DNA from: the human T2T-CHM13v2.0 reference genome, Homo sapiens
Length of the DNA: 64,000 nt
Reading direction: 5' to 3' (one strand)
Assembly (NCBI RefSeq): GCF_009914755.1
Contig: NC_060943.1
In this document: one piece after another, positions 1 through 24,231 of the stretch
Layout: each line of letters begins with the position of its first letter
Position numbering within the stretch: position 1 is the first letter of the stretch
The notes under the pieces: generated by a model
Seen by the model: only the letters and a program-made list of their open reading frames with translations
What the model was told of the DNA's origin: nothing
The model's database searches: none
Position numbers and translations under genes: made by a program

Positions 1-45
1 ATGCGGGTGGAAGACGCTGGGGGAGGAACACAGGGCAGGGCTCAC

Positions 46-87
46 CTGGGAAGCTTGCGATCCGGTTTCTGTTCTGTGTGGGGTCAT
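46..87 (-). CDS. TMIGD2: TMIGD2 coding exon 3 (stalk DDPTQNRNRIASFP); gene continues beyond left edge
   Basis: ctctgcAG acceptor, GTGAGC donor, 42 nt, frame consistent with exon 2. Confidence 0.92.
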
Positions 88-653
88 CTGCAGAGAAGAA
101 ATCTATGTCACGGGGGTGCCAGGCTTCTCCACCCTCCAAGGACAGAGCTCACTTGGGGGGACCTAAGTGTTCCTCCTCCTGCCAGGCTTTGTGGATTTGG
201 GCAAGTGTTCACTCTGAACCTCTGTTTCTTCTTCTGAAAAATGAGGCTCAGCAGGACGCGGTGGCTCAGGCCTGTAATCCGAGCACTCTGGGAGGCTGAG
301 GCAGGAGGATCACTCGAGGTCAGGAGTTCGAGACCAGCCTGGCCAACATGGTGAAACCCCATCTCTACAAAAAAATATAAAAATTAGCCAGGCATGGTGG
401 TGGCGCCTTTAATCCCAACTACTCAGGAGGCTGAGGCAGGAGAATCGCTTGAATCCAGGAGGGGGAGGTTGCAGTGAGCCGAGATCGTGTCACTACGCTC
501 CAGCCTGGGTGACAGAGCAAGACTCTGCCTCAAAAAAAAAAAAAAAAAAAAAAAAAGAAGGCCAGGCGCAGTGGCTCACACCTGTAATCTTAGCACTTTG
601 GGAGACCGAGGTAGGCGGATCACAAGGTCAGGCGATCGAGACCATCCTGGCTA

Positions 654-884
<231 letters not shown>

Positions 885-1185
885 TCATTGTGGAAAAACT
901 GCCAACTGGGATTTGTCATCATGAGCCCCGCCATCTTTATCCTGGGATCTATCACTCTCCAGATCCTGTTTGGTTGTTTTTGTTTTTGTTTGAGCCTCTA
1001 CTCCATGCCACGCCCATTTTATAGACGGGGAAACCGAGGCTCAGAGAGCCTAAGTCACTTGCCTAGGGTCCCCTACCCAGGCGGCAGCAGGAACCAGCTT
1101 TGGACAAAGCCCTGTCTCACCTCAGCTCGGAGATCCTAACACTGAAGTTCCTTGAGAACTTACTATGTCTCAGGCCCTGTGCTAA

Positions 1186-1635
<450 letters not shown>

Positions 1636-2243
1636 TGAAACAGAGGATTGAATCCAGGTTGTATAATTTACAGGAACCCCAGCTAAAGGCTGTGAATGCC
1701 GCAATTAAGATAAGGTCCAGCACCCCAACCCCCTTCTTTTGCAGCCTCTGAGGTTGGCAGGGGATCCCTGGGGACTGCCAAGCTGCTGTTCAGGATTGGT
1801 GGGGTGTGGGGAAGCCAGCTGTGTGGGGTTGGACCCGCGCCCACTCCCTGCTCTCTCACAGCTGCCAACGCACAGCCTGGCGCCTCCACCACCCCGCCTC
1901 CTCTAATTGCTAATTGGCCCCTTTGACATCAGAGGGGTGGGAAGAGGTGGGTAACACAGCCATAACACACCCCTCCCTTGAGGCAGGCACGTGTCCCCCG
2001 CCAGCAGGCTGGTCCTACCAGCTGGAGAGGAACAGGCATCTCTAGGGGCTGAGAGCTGGGTGCTTCATTCTGCCAGAGGGGGCTGGACAGAGGCCCGGGG
2101 CCCACAGGCACCTCTCACAGAGCAGGAGGCAAAGCCTGCATCCCCTTGGGTTTCCCGATTCTGCCCAGGATGGGTCCATAAGTGGGGGACATGGCAAAGG
2201 GGACAGTGCATAGGGTGCACCCCTGCCTGGTGCATAACGCTAG

Positions 2244-2576
<333 letters not shown>

Positions 2577-2918
2577 TGACCTCAGGTGATCCACCCACCT
2601 TGGCCTTCCAAAGTGCTAGGATTACAGGGATGAGCTACCGCGCCCAGCTGATGGCTTTATTTTATTTAGAGACAGGGTCTCGCTCTGTCGCCCAGGCTGG
2701 AGTGCAGTGGTGCACTCATAGCTCACTGCAGCCTCCAGCTCCTGGGCTCAGGTGAGCCTCTTGCCTTAGCCTCCCAAAATGCTGGGATTACAAGCATCAG
2801 CCACTATGCCTGGCTGATGACTTTCAATTTTGTATCCTAAAATTCTTGGATTATGGGCCGGGCATGGTGGCTCAGGCCTGTAATCCCAGTACTTTGGGAG
2901 GCTGAGGCAGGCAGATCA

Positions 2919-3137
<219 letters not shown>

Positions 3138-3265
3138 TTAAAAAAAAAAAAAAAGTTTGATATGAAGAATTTAGAGTTTTTTGTTTCTAGGAGTTTAAGA
3201 CTCAAAAGTCTTAAGATTCTAGGATCCTCCCCACTGCCCCTCCCTCTCCCTGCTGGCTCCCGTAC

Positions 3266-3625
3266 CTGGGTCCACAAAGAGCCTTGTTATGTTGCCCTCA
3301 GCCTCCTCCAACTCAGGAATCTCTACGGCCGCCCAGCACACGTACGCCCCGCTGTGGTTGAGGCTCACAGGGTCCAGCTGCAGGGTGAGATGGCTGGGTG
3401 CCTGCCAGGAGAGCCGTCCCTGGGGCCCGCAGACCCCCAGGCTGAGGCTGCCGTTGGTGATGTACGGTTGACACAGGATGGCCCCATCCTTTGTCCACTT
3501 AACACGGAGCCGTTCCCAGGCTGTGGCCTGGTCCACCTGGCAGACCAGGGTCGCCTGACTGCCCTGCCTCACCTGCAGCAAGTTGGGCCCCTGCTGCACG
3601 CTCAGGCTTGAGGCTTCTTGCAGGG
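3266..3625 (-). CDS. TMIGD2: TMIGD2 coding exon 2, Ig V-type domain
   Basis: [13 protein letters not shown]...LVC...W...YVCWAAV...LFVDP; canonical Ig Cys-Trp-Cys; tccAG acceptor and GTACGG donor; 360 nt. Confidence 0.96.
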
Positions 3626-4868
3626 CTGGAGGACAGAAGAGGTAGAGGCGACCTTTCTGACTGTGCGCATGTGAGGCTGTGTGACTCACTCCCCTAGTGA
3701 GCCCGCAGTCTGGGTTTGAAACCTCACTTGTCTAAGACGGGTGCAGTGGCTCACGCCTGTAGTCCCAGCACTTTGGAAGCCCGAGGTGGGAGGATTGCTT
3801 GAGCCCAGGAGTTCCAGACCAGCCTGGGAACATAGCAAGACCTCATCTCTACAATAAATATTTAAAAAGTAGCTGGGTATGGTGGCGTGCACCGTGGGCC
3901 CAGCTATTTAAGAGACTAAGTGAAGGGATCGCTTGAGCCCAGGCGTTCGAGGCTGCGGTGAGCTATGATTGCACCACTGCACTCCAGCCTGGGTGACAAA
4001 GCAACACCCTGTCTCTAAAAATTTAACATAAAAAAAAAACCAAAGAACCTCACTGTCTGTATGACCTTTGGAAGGTCATGTCTTGCTGAGGCTCAACAAC
4101 CCCATCTGTAAGATGGGTATAAGTCGCTCAGAGCTTGTGGAATTCTGAGATAGTCTCCAGTACTCAGCTACACAAATACCGCCTAGTATATGCCAGGCCC
4201 TATGCTGGGTGTGGGGAACACAGACACAGGCATGACCAAAACAGATGAAAATCCCTGCCCTTCAGAAGCTGACAATCTAGGGCAAGAGAGACACAGGAAG
4301 TCGTGAAATGAGAACTGCAGTGGGGGAAAGGAATGGCAGTGGCCTCAGCAGACACCAGTGAGGTCAGGGAGCATCTATTCCTTGAGAGTAATCAGGGAAG
4401 GCCTCCTTGAGGTGGTGATTTTTTATTTTTTTAATTTTTTTTGAGTTGGGGTCTGGCTCCATAGTCCAGGCTGGAGTGCAGTGGCACCATCACAGCTCAC
4501 GGCAGCCCTGAACTCCTGGGCTAAAGTAATCCTCCTACCTCAGCCTCCCAAGTAGCTGGGACTACAGGCATGTAACCACTATGCCTGGCTAATTTTTTTG
4601 GTTTTGTAGAGATTGGGGTCTCACTGTGTTGCCCAGGCTGGTGTTGAATTCCTGGGCTCAAGTGATCCTCCCCGCTAACGCCTCCCAAAGTGCTGGGATT
4701 GTAGATGTGAGCCACTGTGACCGGCCTTTTTTTTTTTCTTAAGACCACGCCACTGCACTCTAGCCTGGGCAACAGAGTGAGACTCCATATATAAGAAAAA
4801 AAGACTCCATCTCACTCTGTTGCCCAGTCTGGAGCGCAGTGGCACCATCAAAGTTCATTGCAGCCTCA

Positions 4869-5185
<317 letters not shown>

Positions 5186-5227
5186 TCATTCTATTGCCCA
5201 GTCTGGAGTGCAGTGGCACCTTCATAG

Positions 5228-5898
<671 letters not shown>

Positions 5899-6729
5899 TT
5901 ACTGGTGTTACAAGTACATGCCACTGTGCTCAGCCTGACCAGGGATCTTAATGGAAAGGTATAACCAGTGTGAGAAGGAAGGTATTGGGGGGTAAGAGCA
6001 TTCCAGGCAGTGCACAGCCCATGCAAAGGCCCTGGGGCAGGACTGTGCCTGGCGTGTTGGAGGAACAGCGAGGAGGCCCGTGTGGCTGGAGCAGAGTGAG
6101 GACAGGGAGAGAGGGAGGAAGGGTTGGGCAGGGCCTGTGAGCCTTGGGGTGGTGTGGGGAGGTGAAGGAAGTTAAGCAGTTTATGTTTTAATGTAAGTGT
6201 GATGGAAAATCAGAAAGCAGGGAAGAAATAGTCCAATTGAAGTTTTTGTTTTTGTTTTTGTTTTTGTTTTGAGATGGGGTCTCACTCTGTTGCCCAGGTG
6301 GGAGTGCAGTGGTGTGATCTCGGCTCATTGCAACCTCTGCCTCCCAGGTTCAAGTGATTCTTGTGGCTCAGCCTCTTGAGTAGCTGGGACTACAGGCACT
6401 CGCTACCACGCCCAGCTAATTTTTGTATTTTTGGTAGAGATGGGGTTTCACCAACATGGCCAGGCTGGTCTGGAACTCCTGACCTCAAGTGATCCACCTG
6501 CCTCAGTCTCCAATTTAAGTTTTAATAAAAAGACCTTGGTTGGGTGTGGTGGCTCATGCCTGTTATCCCAGCCCTTTGGGTGGCCAAGACTGGGTGATTG
6601 CTTGAGGCCAGGAGTTCAAGACCAGCCTGGGCAACATAGTGAGACCCATCTCTAAAAAACAAAAATGACTGGGCACGGTGGCTCACGCCTGTAATCCCAG
6701 CACTTTGGGAGGCCAAGGTGGGTGGATCA

Positions 6730-7254
<525 letters not shown>

Positions 7255-7619
7255 TTAGGCAGCTGGAACAGCAGGTGCAAAGGCTCGAAGGCCAGATCCA
7301 GCCTTCCCATTGCGGAAACAGAGAAAGAAAAGTCCCCAGGCTAGAGCAAGAGGGAGGGAGCAAAGGCACTGCGGAGGGTGGAGATGAGAGAGGCCAGGCC
7401 AGGCTGGTATGTAGGGCAAGGTTTAGATTGTATCCTAGGGGCCCTCAGAGGATCCTTCCTTAATCCTCCAGCCCCCATCACGTTCTGAGTCTCGGAGGGA
7501 GATGGGCCTTATCTGACAGTAGAGAGACTGAAGTTTAGAGGGGCCCTGAGCTGGGGGGCAGGCAGCTGGGGATGACAGCAAGAGTGGGGTTCAGAGGGGA
7601 GGGAGGCCCAGATACTCAC

Positions 7620-7665
7620 CCCAGATCTGCACCAGGAGGCCCAGCACCATGCCCGGGGACCCCAT
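7620..7665 (-). CDS. TMIGD2: TMIGD2 (CD28H) coding exon 1, signal peptide [15 protein letters not shown]
   Basis: ATG at 7665; GTGAGT donor at 7619; 46 nt, phase 1 joins exon 2 (A-L-Q-E). Confidence 0.95.
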
Positions 7666-7936
7666 TCCTGGCCCATCACCCCCCTCTCCCCCTCCCAGTT
7701 GACAGACTTCCTGCCACAATCTCCGCCTCCCGCTGCAGAAGCAGATGCAACACCCAGGGCCAGACAACAGACGTCCGGTGTTCCAGCCTGCTGGGGGCTC
7801 CACTTCCTGCCACCTCGTGCCTCAGTTTCCCCAATGCATTTTCTATCTGAAAGGCAGTGTACGGACCAGGCAACATGGCTCATGTCTGTAATCCCAGCAC
7901 TTTGGGAGGCCGAGGCAGGTGGATCACCTGAGGTCA

Positions 7937-8225
<289 letters not shown>

Positions 8226-8488
8226 CTACATAAACACATCTAGGTACAGGAAGACACAGTGCGAGAGCAGGTGGCTCCGTGGGGGAGGGGCAGGCGACAT
8301 AGGCCTGAGCAGTGAGTTAAATGACAGGGTCCCTGCCTCAATTATTTTGCTCCCAAAATGTCTTTCTTTTGCTGGGCGCTGTAGCTCACACCTGTAATCC
8401 CAGCACTTTGTGAGGCTGAGGTGGGAGGATCACTTGAGCCGAGTTTGAGATCAACCTGGGGTAACACAGCGAGATCCAATCTCTATTA

Positions 8489-8605
<117 letters not shown>

Positions 8606-9789
8606 CTAGCCAACATGGCAAAACCCGGTCTCTACTAAAAATACAAAAATTAGCTGGGCCTAGTGGTGGGCGCCTGTAGTCCCAGCTACTCAGTGGGGTT
8701 GAGGCAGGAGAATCGCCAGAACTGCGGAGATGGAGATTACAGGGAGCCGAGATCCTGCCACTGCACTCCAGCCTGGGCGACAGAGTGAGACTGTGTCTCA
8801 AAAAAAAAAAAAAAGATACAAAACCAACCCAGGGTGATGGTGCATGCCTATAGTCCCAGCCACTCGGGAGGCTGAGGCAGGAGAACCGCTTGAGCCCAGG
8901 AGTTGGAGGCTGCAGTAAGCCATGATTGCGCCCCGTTACTCCAGCCTGGGCAACAGAGTGAGTCCGTCTCTAAAAAAAAATAATAATAATAATTTAAAAA
9001 ATCTTCCTTTGAGGTTCAGAGAAATAGATTTCTGTTGATAACTTTGGGTCCTATTACATGACCTGCTTGGGGGTCCCGTGGAGGAGGTTCATGGGCTCTC
9101 GAGTTCCTCCCAGCCCTGCATCCCTCACCCCTGATTCTGTAGTGCATTCTGGGAGGAGGTGGCGAACCCACAGACCTCAATGTCTCAGACCCAACTGCAG
9201 AGTGACCTCCTTTCTCACTCGGACCTAGAAGGCCTGCATCGTACACAGCGTTCCCCTCCACCACAGGGAGGTTCTGCGGTGGCTATGCCTGCACCTCCCC
9301 TGCAGACACGTACACCCGCCCAGCCTCCCCTACCCACTCCTTCCCCTCCCCAGAACATTCTGAAGCTCCACCCTTCCCCCCACCGTCTGCTGAGGGACCC
9401 TGGATAGATTAGCCCCCAGGTCCTTCCAAAGCTGGACCCAGACATTCTTAGCTTCCGCACCTGGGCTGGCACGGAGACTTCTGGAGGAGCTGTTGGAGCC
9501 TGGGGCTTTGTGGGGTGTATAGGAGTTCAGTTGTGACATAGGGACAAATGGAAAGAAGGCACTGGAGGCTAAACACCCTCTTGGGCAAAAGCCTTAGATT
9601 TTCAGTAAATGCCAGGCGGGCTAGACAATTTGAGTAGCAACGGATAACCTGTGTGAGTGAACAAGTGGGGAAACTGAGGCACGGGAGCATTAGAGATGAT
9701 TCTGAGGTCCCACGGCAGGGCCAGGGGTCGAGCCCCTTGTCTTCTCATCCAAGGCTCTCTCCAGCTCACATATCACCACCAACACCGCC

Positions 9790-10500
9790 CAGTGAGCCCC
9801 AGGCGCTGGATGTGAGGGCTCTGGGCGAGGCCAGCGCGGAACTACATTTCCCAGGCGGCCGCGGCGGGTGCGCCTGCGCAATGCGCGCGGTGATGGAGCG
9901 CTAACCGGGGGCGCGGCGGCGGCGAGGGCTCGGCGGGCCATTGGCTACCGGCCGCGGCAAAGGCAGCTTGGGGACCCAGCGTGCGCGGGGCCCGCGGGCC
10001 GGGCCGGGGTGACCTGGGCTGCAGCCATGGAAGAACAGAGGGTAGGACGGGGTGGGGCAGGGCGGGCCCGCAGGGGCGTCGGGGGCGGGGAAGGGGACCA
10101 GGTGTTGCCGCAGCGCCCCCACTCCCTCCCCGCCTCCACCCCAGCTGCTCTGCGGCTGAGGCCCCACCCCATTCGCGACCCCGCCCGGATCTAGCCCCCC
10201 TACCCCAGTTTGGGACGCAGCCCCCCCACATCTTGGCTTGGGGCCAGGCACGTGCCTTCTACGCCCCCCCACCCTGCCCAGTATCCCAGTCCCATCCCTG
10301 ACCCCCATCCCCCACGCCCTCCCTCCTGGCCGCGGACCAGGCGTCCCGGCCCCCCGCCCCACCCCTGGAAGACGCCCCGCCAGCTCCGCAGTGCGGACCC
10401 CACCGACCCTGCCCCAGGAAAAAGGAGCAGGTTGGAGCCTGGGTCAGAGCAAGAGGCTCCCGAGCGGGATCCTCCCTCCCAGAATCCCCTGCCCTTCCCC
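9790..10500 (+). promoter_or_regulatory. FSD1 CpG-island promoter with ZNF143/THAP11-type SBS motif, NRF1 site and inverted CCAAT
   Basis: CpG-dense; ACTACATTTCCCAG 9841-9854; TGCGCCTGCGCA 9869-9880; ATTGG 9940-9944; upstream of ATG 10027. Confidence 0.8.
10027..10041 (+). CDS. FSD1: FSD1 coding exon 1 (MEEQR)
   Basis: Kozak gccATGG; GTAGGA donor; 13 exons total 1491 nt = 496 aa + stop. Confidence 0.95.
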
Positions 10501-11063
10501 AAGACCTCCCTGCCCCCTCCCCGCTTACCTGGCGCCCCCGCATCCCTGGCCCCCAGGTTCCACCTTTGCCCAGGTAATTTCTTTCTCCTTGCTTATCTTT
10601 CTCCCCCAGGTAGGCCCCACCCCTGTTCCGAGGCTAGCCCCTATCCCAGGCTATCCCACCTCCCTGGGGTTTTTCCTTCCACCGAGAACCCTTTCCCCAG
10701 GTTAGCCCATTTTCCAGCAGACATCCTTCTCCTCTGGGGTTTTCTGTCCTCAGGCTAGCCCCTCACGCCCCACCTTCAGGATGTAGGTATCGGGTTGTAG
10801 CCTTTGTGCTCAAGCACGCCTGGTTCGGGGCCAGGGTCTGTCCCTTCCTGAGAGGTTCTCTGTGAGCCTCAGTTTCCTCTCCTGTAATATGGGGTAGCTT
10901 AGGGCGCCCAGCTGCTATGGGTGAATTGTATCAGCCCGGAGCTTTACCTCCTGGCTGGTGCCCAAGCTCAATAGCGTGGCAGCCCCCACATCTCCTCTCT
11001 GGATCCCTGGAGGGGAGCGCGGGTCAGGGAGCCTGGCCAGGCTGACGGGCTCACCTGCCTGCC

Positions 11064-11205
11064 GTGTGTGTGTGCGCATGTGTGTGCATGTGTGTGCGCA
11101 CGCGTGTGCATTTATGTACGTGTGTGCATGTGTGTGCACGTGTGTACATGTGCGTACACGTGTGTGTACCTGTGTGCGCACATGTGTGTGTGCACCTGTG
11201 TGTGT
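11064..11205 (+). repeat. Alternating purine-pyrimidine (TG/CA/CG)n tract before FSD1 exon 2
   Basis: Direct reading. Confidence 0.95.
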
Positions 11206-11225
11206 CCACACTTCTGGTGGTGCAG

Positions 11226-11321
11226 GAGGCCCTGAGGAAGATCATCAAAACACTGGCTGTGAAGAATGAAGAAATTCAGAGCTTTATCTACTCCCTGAAA
11301 CAGATGCTGCTGAACGTGGAG
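11226..11321 (+). CDS. FSD1: FSD1 exon 2 (coiled coil)
   Basis: EALRKIIKT...LLNVE; AG/GT; 96 nt. Confidence 0.95.
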
Positions 11322-11477
11322 GTGAAGGCGGTGGGGCAGTCCTGGGGAGGTAAGGGGAGGGGAGGAAGCTGGAGGGTGCAGCCTTAGGAACTGGCCCATT
11401 GCTGTTGATGCCTGTGGGAGGTCTCAGGTTCCCTCTCTGAACACGGGCTTTGGCCGATTCTGGCTGTTCCGACCCAG

Positions 11478-11609
11478 GCGAACTCGGCGAAGGTGCAGGA
11501 GGACCTCGAAGCAGAGTTCCAGTCCCTCTTCTCCCTCCTGGAGGAGCTGAAAGAAGGCATGCTTATGAAGATAAAACAGGACCGTGCCAGCCGTACCTAC
11601 GAGCTGCAG
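11478..11609 (+). CDS. FSD1: FSD1 exon 3
   Basis: ANSAKVQEDL...TYELQ; AG/GT; 132 nt. Confidence 0.95.
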
Positions 11610-11669
11610 GTGAGGGCTGAGGGCATCTTCCTCTCCCCCCGCCCCTCCTACTCAACAGAACGTAGCTGA

Positions 11670-11970
<301 letters not shown>

Positions 11971-12323
11971 TGATCCTCCTGCCTCAGCCTCCCAAAGTGC
12001 TGGGATGACAGGCATGAGCCCCCGCGCCTGGCCCATCTGTGCTCTCTCTGAATCCCCTCTCCATCACGGCGTCCCCGAGTCTGGCTCAGATCTTCCCCTC
12101 CTGTCTTCACTCAGTGCCTCCGGTTTCTCAGCCCTTCCCACTGGCCCCCCAGATCTGAAGGTATCACCTCCACTCAAACACCACCCATGGCTCCCGTGGG
12201 CTGTCACTCAGACTCCAAGCTGGAGTCACACAGGCTGCATCCAGACCTCCTGGGCAACTTCCTGACATCCCAGATTCCTGTCCCAGGGGGAATCTAGAGC
12301 CCTGGAGCTCGGATGTGGCCTAG

Positions 12324-12616
<293 letters not shown>

Positions 12617-12669
12617 TGAGCCTCTGTGCCTGGCTCATGTGAGTTTTTTTTGTTTTGTTTTGTTTTTGA

Positions 12670-14730
<2,061 letters not shown>

Positions 14731-15001
14731 TGTATGGGCTGGGTGTGGGCAGGAGGTTGGGATGGGGATGGGAGCCTGTCTTGGCCATCCTCTGTCTTCA
14801 GGGCACAGTCCAGAAGTGCAGGGACACTTTGGCAAATACCTTCCTCGAGAGGCCTCAGTCTTCATGTCTGTAGAGTGGCTTTATGATTTGGTAGAAACAA
14901 ATCTTTGGGCCGGGCGCAGTGGCTCACGCCTGTAATCCCAGCACTTTGGGAGGCTGAGGCGGGCCGATCATGAGGTCAGGAGATCAAGACAAGCCTGGCT
15001 A

Positions 15002-15893
<892 letters not shown>

Positions 15894-15989
15894 TAGAGGG
15901 CCAGGACTTCCGGGGAATGACCTGGGAGGCTAGGAGGCCCTGAAACAGGACCTGGAGTATGGTGGACGACCCGGTGTCTGAATTCCGCC

Positions 15990-16515
15990 TGGGGGAGGTG
16001 GAGCTCTGAGAATTCCACGCCCTGTGGGGGGTGGAGTTCTCATGGAGCCCCGCCCCTGGGTGGAGCCATGGGAAGACCCCACCCACTGTGTAGTGACATC
16101 CTGGGAAAACTCTGTACCCAGGGGTGGAACTGTGAGAATACCATGTCCTGTGGGGTTGGTTGAGTCCTCATGAGGCCCCGCCCTGGGGTGGAGCCATGAG
16201 AAGGTCAAACTCACCAGGTGGGAAAATCCTGTCCCCAGGGGTGGAGCCCTGAGAATAGCACGTCCTGTGGGGGTGGGGTATTCATCAAGTCCCGCCCATG
16301 GGTGGAGCCATCAGAAAGCCCCACCCACCAGGGGGTGAGGTCCTGGGAAAACTCTGTCCACAGGGGTGGAGCCCTGAGAATACCATGTCGTTGGGGGAGT
16401 GGAGTCCTCCCGAGACCTCCTCCCTGGATAGAGCCACGAGAAGGGCCTGCCCACCACATGGTAGCTCCTGGGAAAACCCTGTTTCCAGGGGTGGAGCCCT
16501 GAGAAGGCCACGTCC
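15990..16515 (+). repeat. ~125-bp diverged tandem repeat (about 4 copies) in FSD1 intron 6
   Basis: GTGGAGCCCTGAGAA-like anchors at 15998, 16124, 16241, 16366, 16491. Confidence 0.85.
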
Positions 16516-16669
16516 CCGAGGAGAAATGGACTGAGAACCCAGCCTGTCTATGATGCAGCCCCAAAGAAAGCCGCATCCCTCATTGGCAGAGATTTTGGAA
16601 TAATTCTGCCTGTAAATGATGGAATCCCAAGAAAGCTCAGCCCTCCCCCAACCCACTGATGGAACCTTA

Positions 16670-16813
<144 letters not shown>

Positions 16814-16816
16814 TTA

Positions 16817-16963
<147 letters not shown>

Positions 16964-16967
16964 CTAA

Positions 16968-17477
<510 letters not shown>

Positions 17478-17486
17478 TGAGACAGT

Positions 17487-22589
<5,103 letters not shown>

Positions 22590-23035
22590 TAACTCCATGG
22601 CCCCTTCCTCCCACAGCCCCCAGAGACCATGAGAATCCTCGAAGCAGGGTTGCCCTGGCTGCCAGGAAGCTCAAAGCTCCGTCCACAGTTGGCTTCCTTA
22701 GCCTGAGTGTCTGCTATAACCCTGTTTTTGTCCTTTGCTTCTGAGGTTTACCCAGTATATCTCGATGGTTTTTGTATACAGCCACACACACTCTCTCTTT
22801 GCCAAAAAATAGATAAGTCCTCTATAGAGCTGGGGATGAGATTTGAGTAGTGAAGACTGATTCCAGAGCCTTTCACAGTGACACCTTCACATGCCCTGCT
22901 AGGAAGTCCCTCTGAAATCTAGCCTAACTCCCTTGTGCTGTAGCCCAGCCCCTTTTTTGGGATTAGTCCTCCATGGAAGCACAGGGTAGTGCAATTGGCT
23001 TGAAAATGCCTCCAGAGGCTGGGCACAGTGGCTCA

Positions 23036-23545
<510 letters not shown>

Positions 23546-23625
23546 TCACTCTCTGTCTCTCTGTCTCTCTCTGTGTCTCTCCGGGTTTCCCCATCTCTGT
23601 GACTCCCACGTCTGCCCGGCCCCAG

Positions 23626-23785
23626 CGTTCATGTTCCGCCTGGATGCGTCCACATCCCACCAGAACCTGCGGGTGGATGATCTCTCCGTGGAGTGGGACG
23701 CTATGGGCGGGAAGGTGCAGGATATCAAGGCTCGCGAGAAAGATGGCAAGGGGCGGACGGCGTCTCCCATCAACTCCCCAGCCAG
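23626..23785 (+). CDS. FSD1: FSD1 exon 9 (B30.2/SPRY start)
   Basis: AFMFRLDASTSHQNL...NSPAR; AG/GT; 160 nt. Confidence 0.95.
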
Positions 23786-24151
23786 GTAGCCTGCCCCCTC
23801 CCCTCCCTAAGTCTCTGGTGGAGGAGATCAGTCTGGACATGGACACAGAGCCCAGTGTGGTCAGAGTTGGGGTGGAGAGGGGACCTGGGGCTGGTGGAAC
23901 CCAGAGAGGGAATGAAGGGAGAGGAGGTTTTGAGTGGGGTTTTGATGGTTAAATAGGAGTTTCCCAGATGACGGAGGGCACAGGCATGTTCTGACATAAA
24001 CATGAGGTGCTCGATATATAGATAGAGCCAAATACTGCCAGAGATTGACCCAACATCCACGGTGGCTGGGGTGGACTAGGGTAGCCTTACCGTGGGAGAG
24101 AGAAGTGTTGAACTGAGCCTCCTGAGCCTGCCCACTCCCTGCCCACCACAG

Positions 24152-24231
24152 AGGTACTCCATCTCCCAAGAGGATGCCCTCAGGTCGTGGGGGACGGGAC
24201 CGCTTCACCGCTGAGTCCTACACAGTTCTGG
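24152..24231 (+). CDS. FSD1: FSD1 exon 10
   Basis: GTPSPKRMPSGRGGRDRFTAESYTVL; AG/GT; 80 nt. Confidence 0.95.

Noticed and set aside
1690-1960. GATA (AGATAA 1708), TAATTG and CTTTGA motifs in TMIGD2 intron 2 as a T-cell enhancer
   Set aside because: Short motifs expected by chance; no further support from sequence alone.
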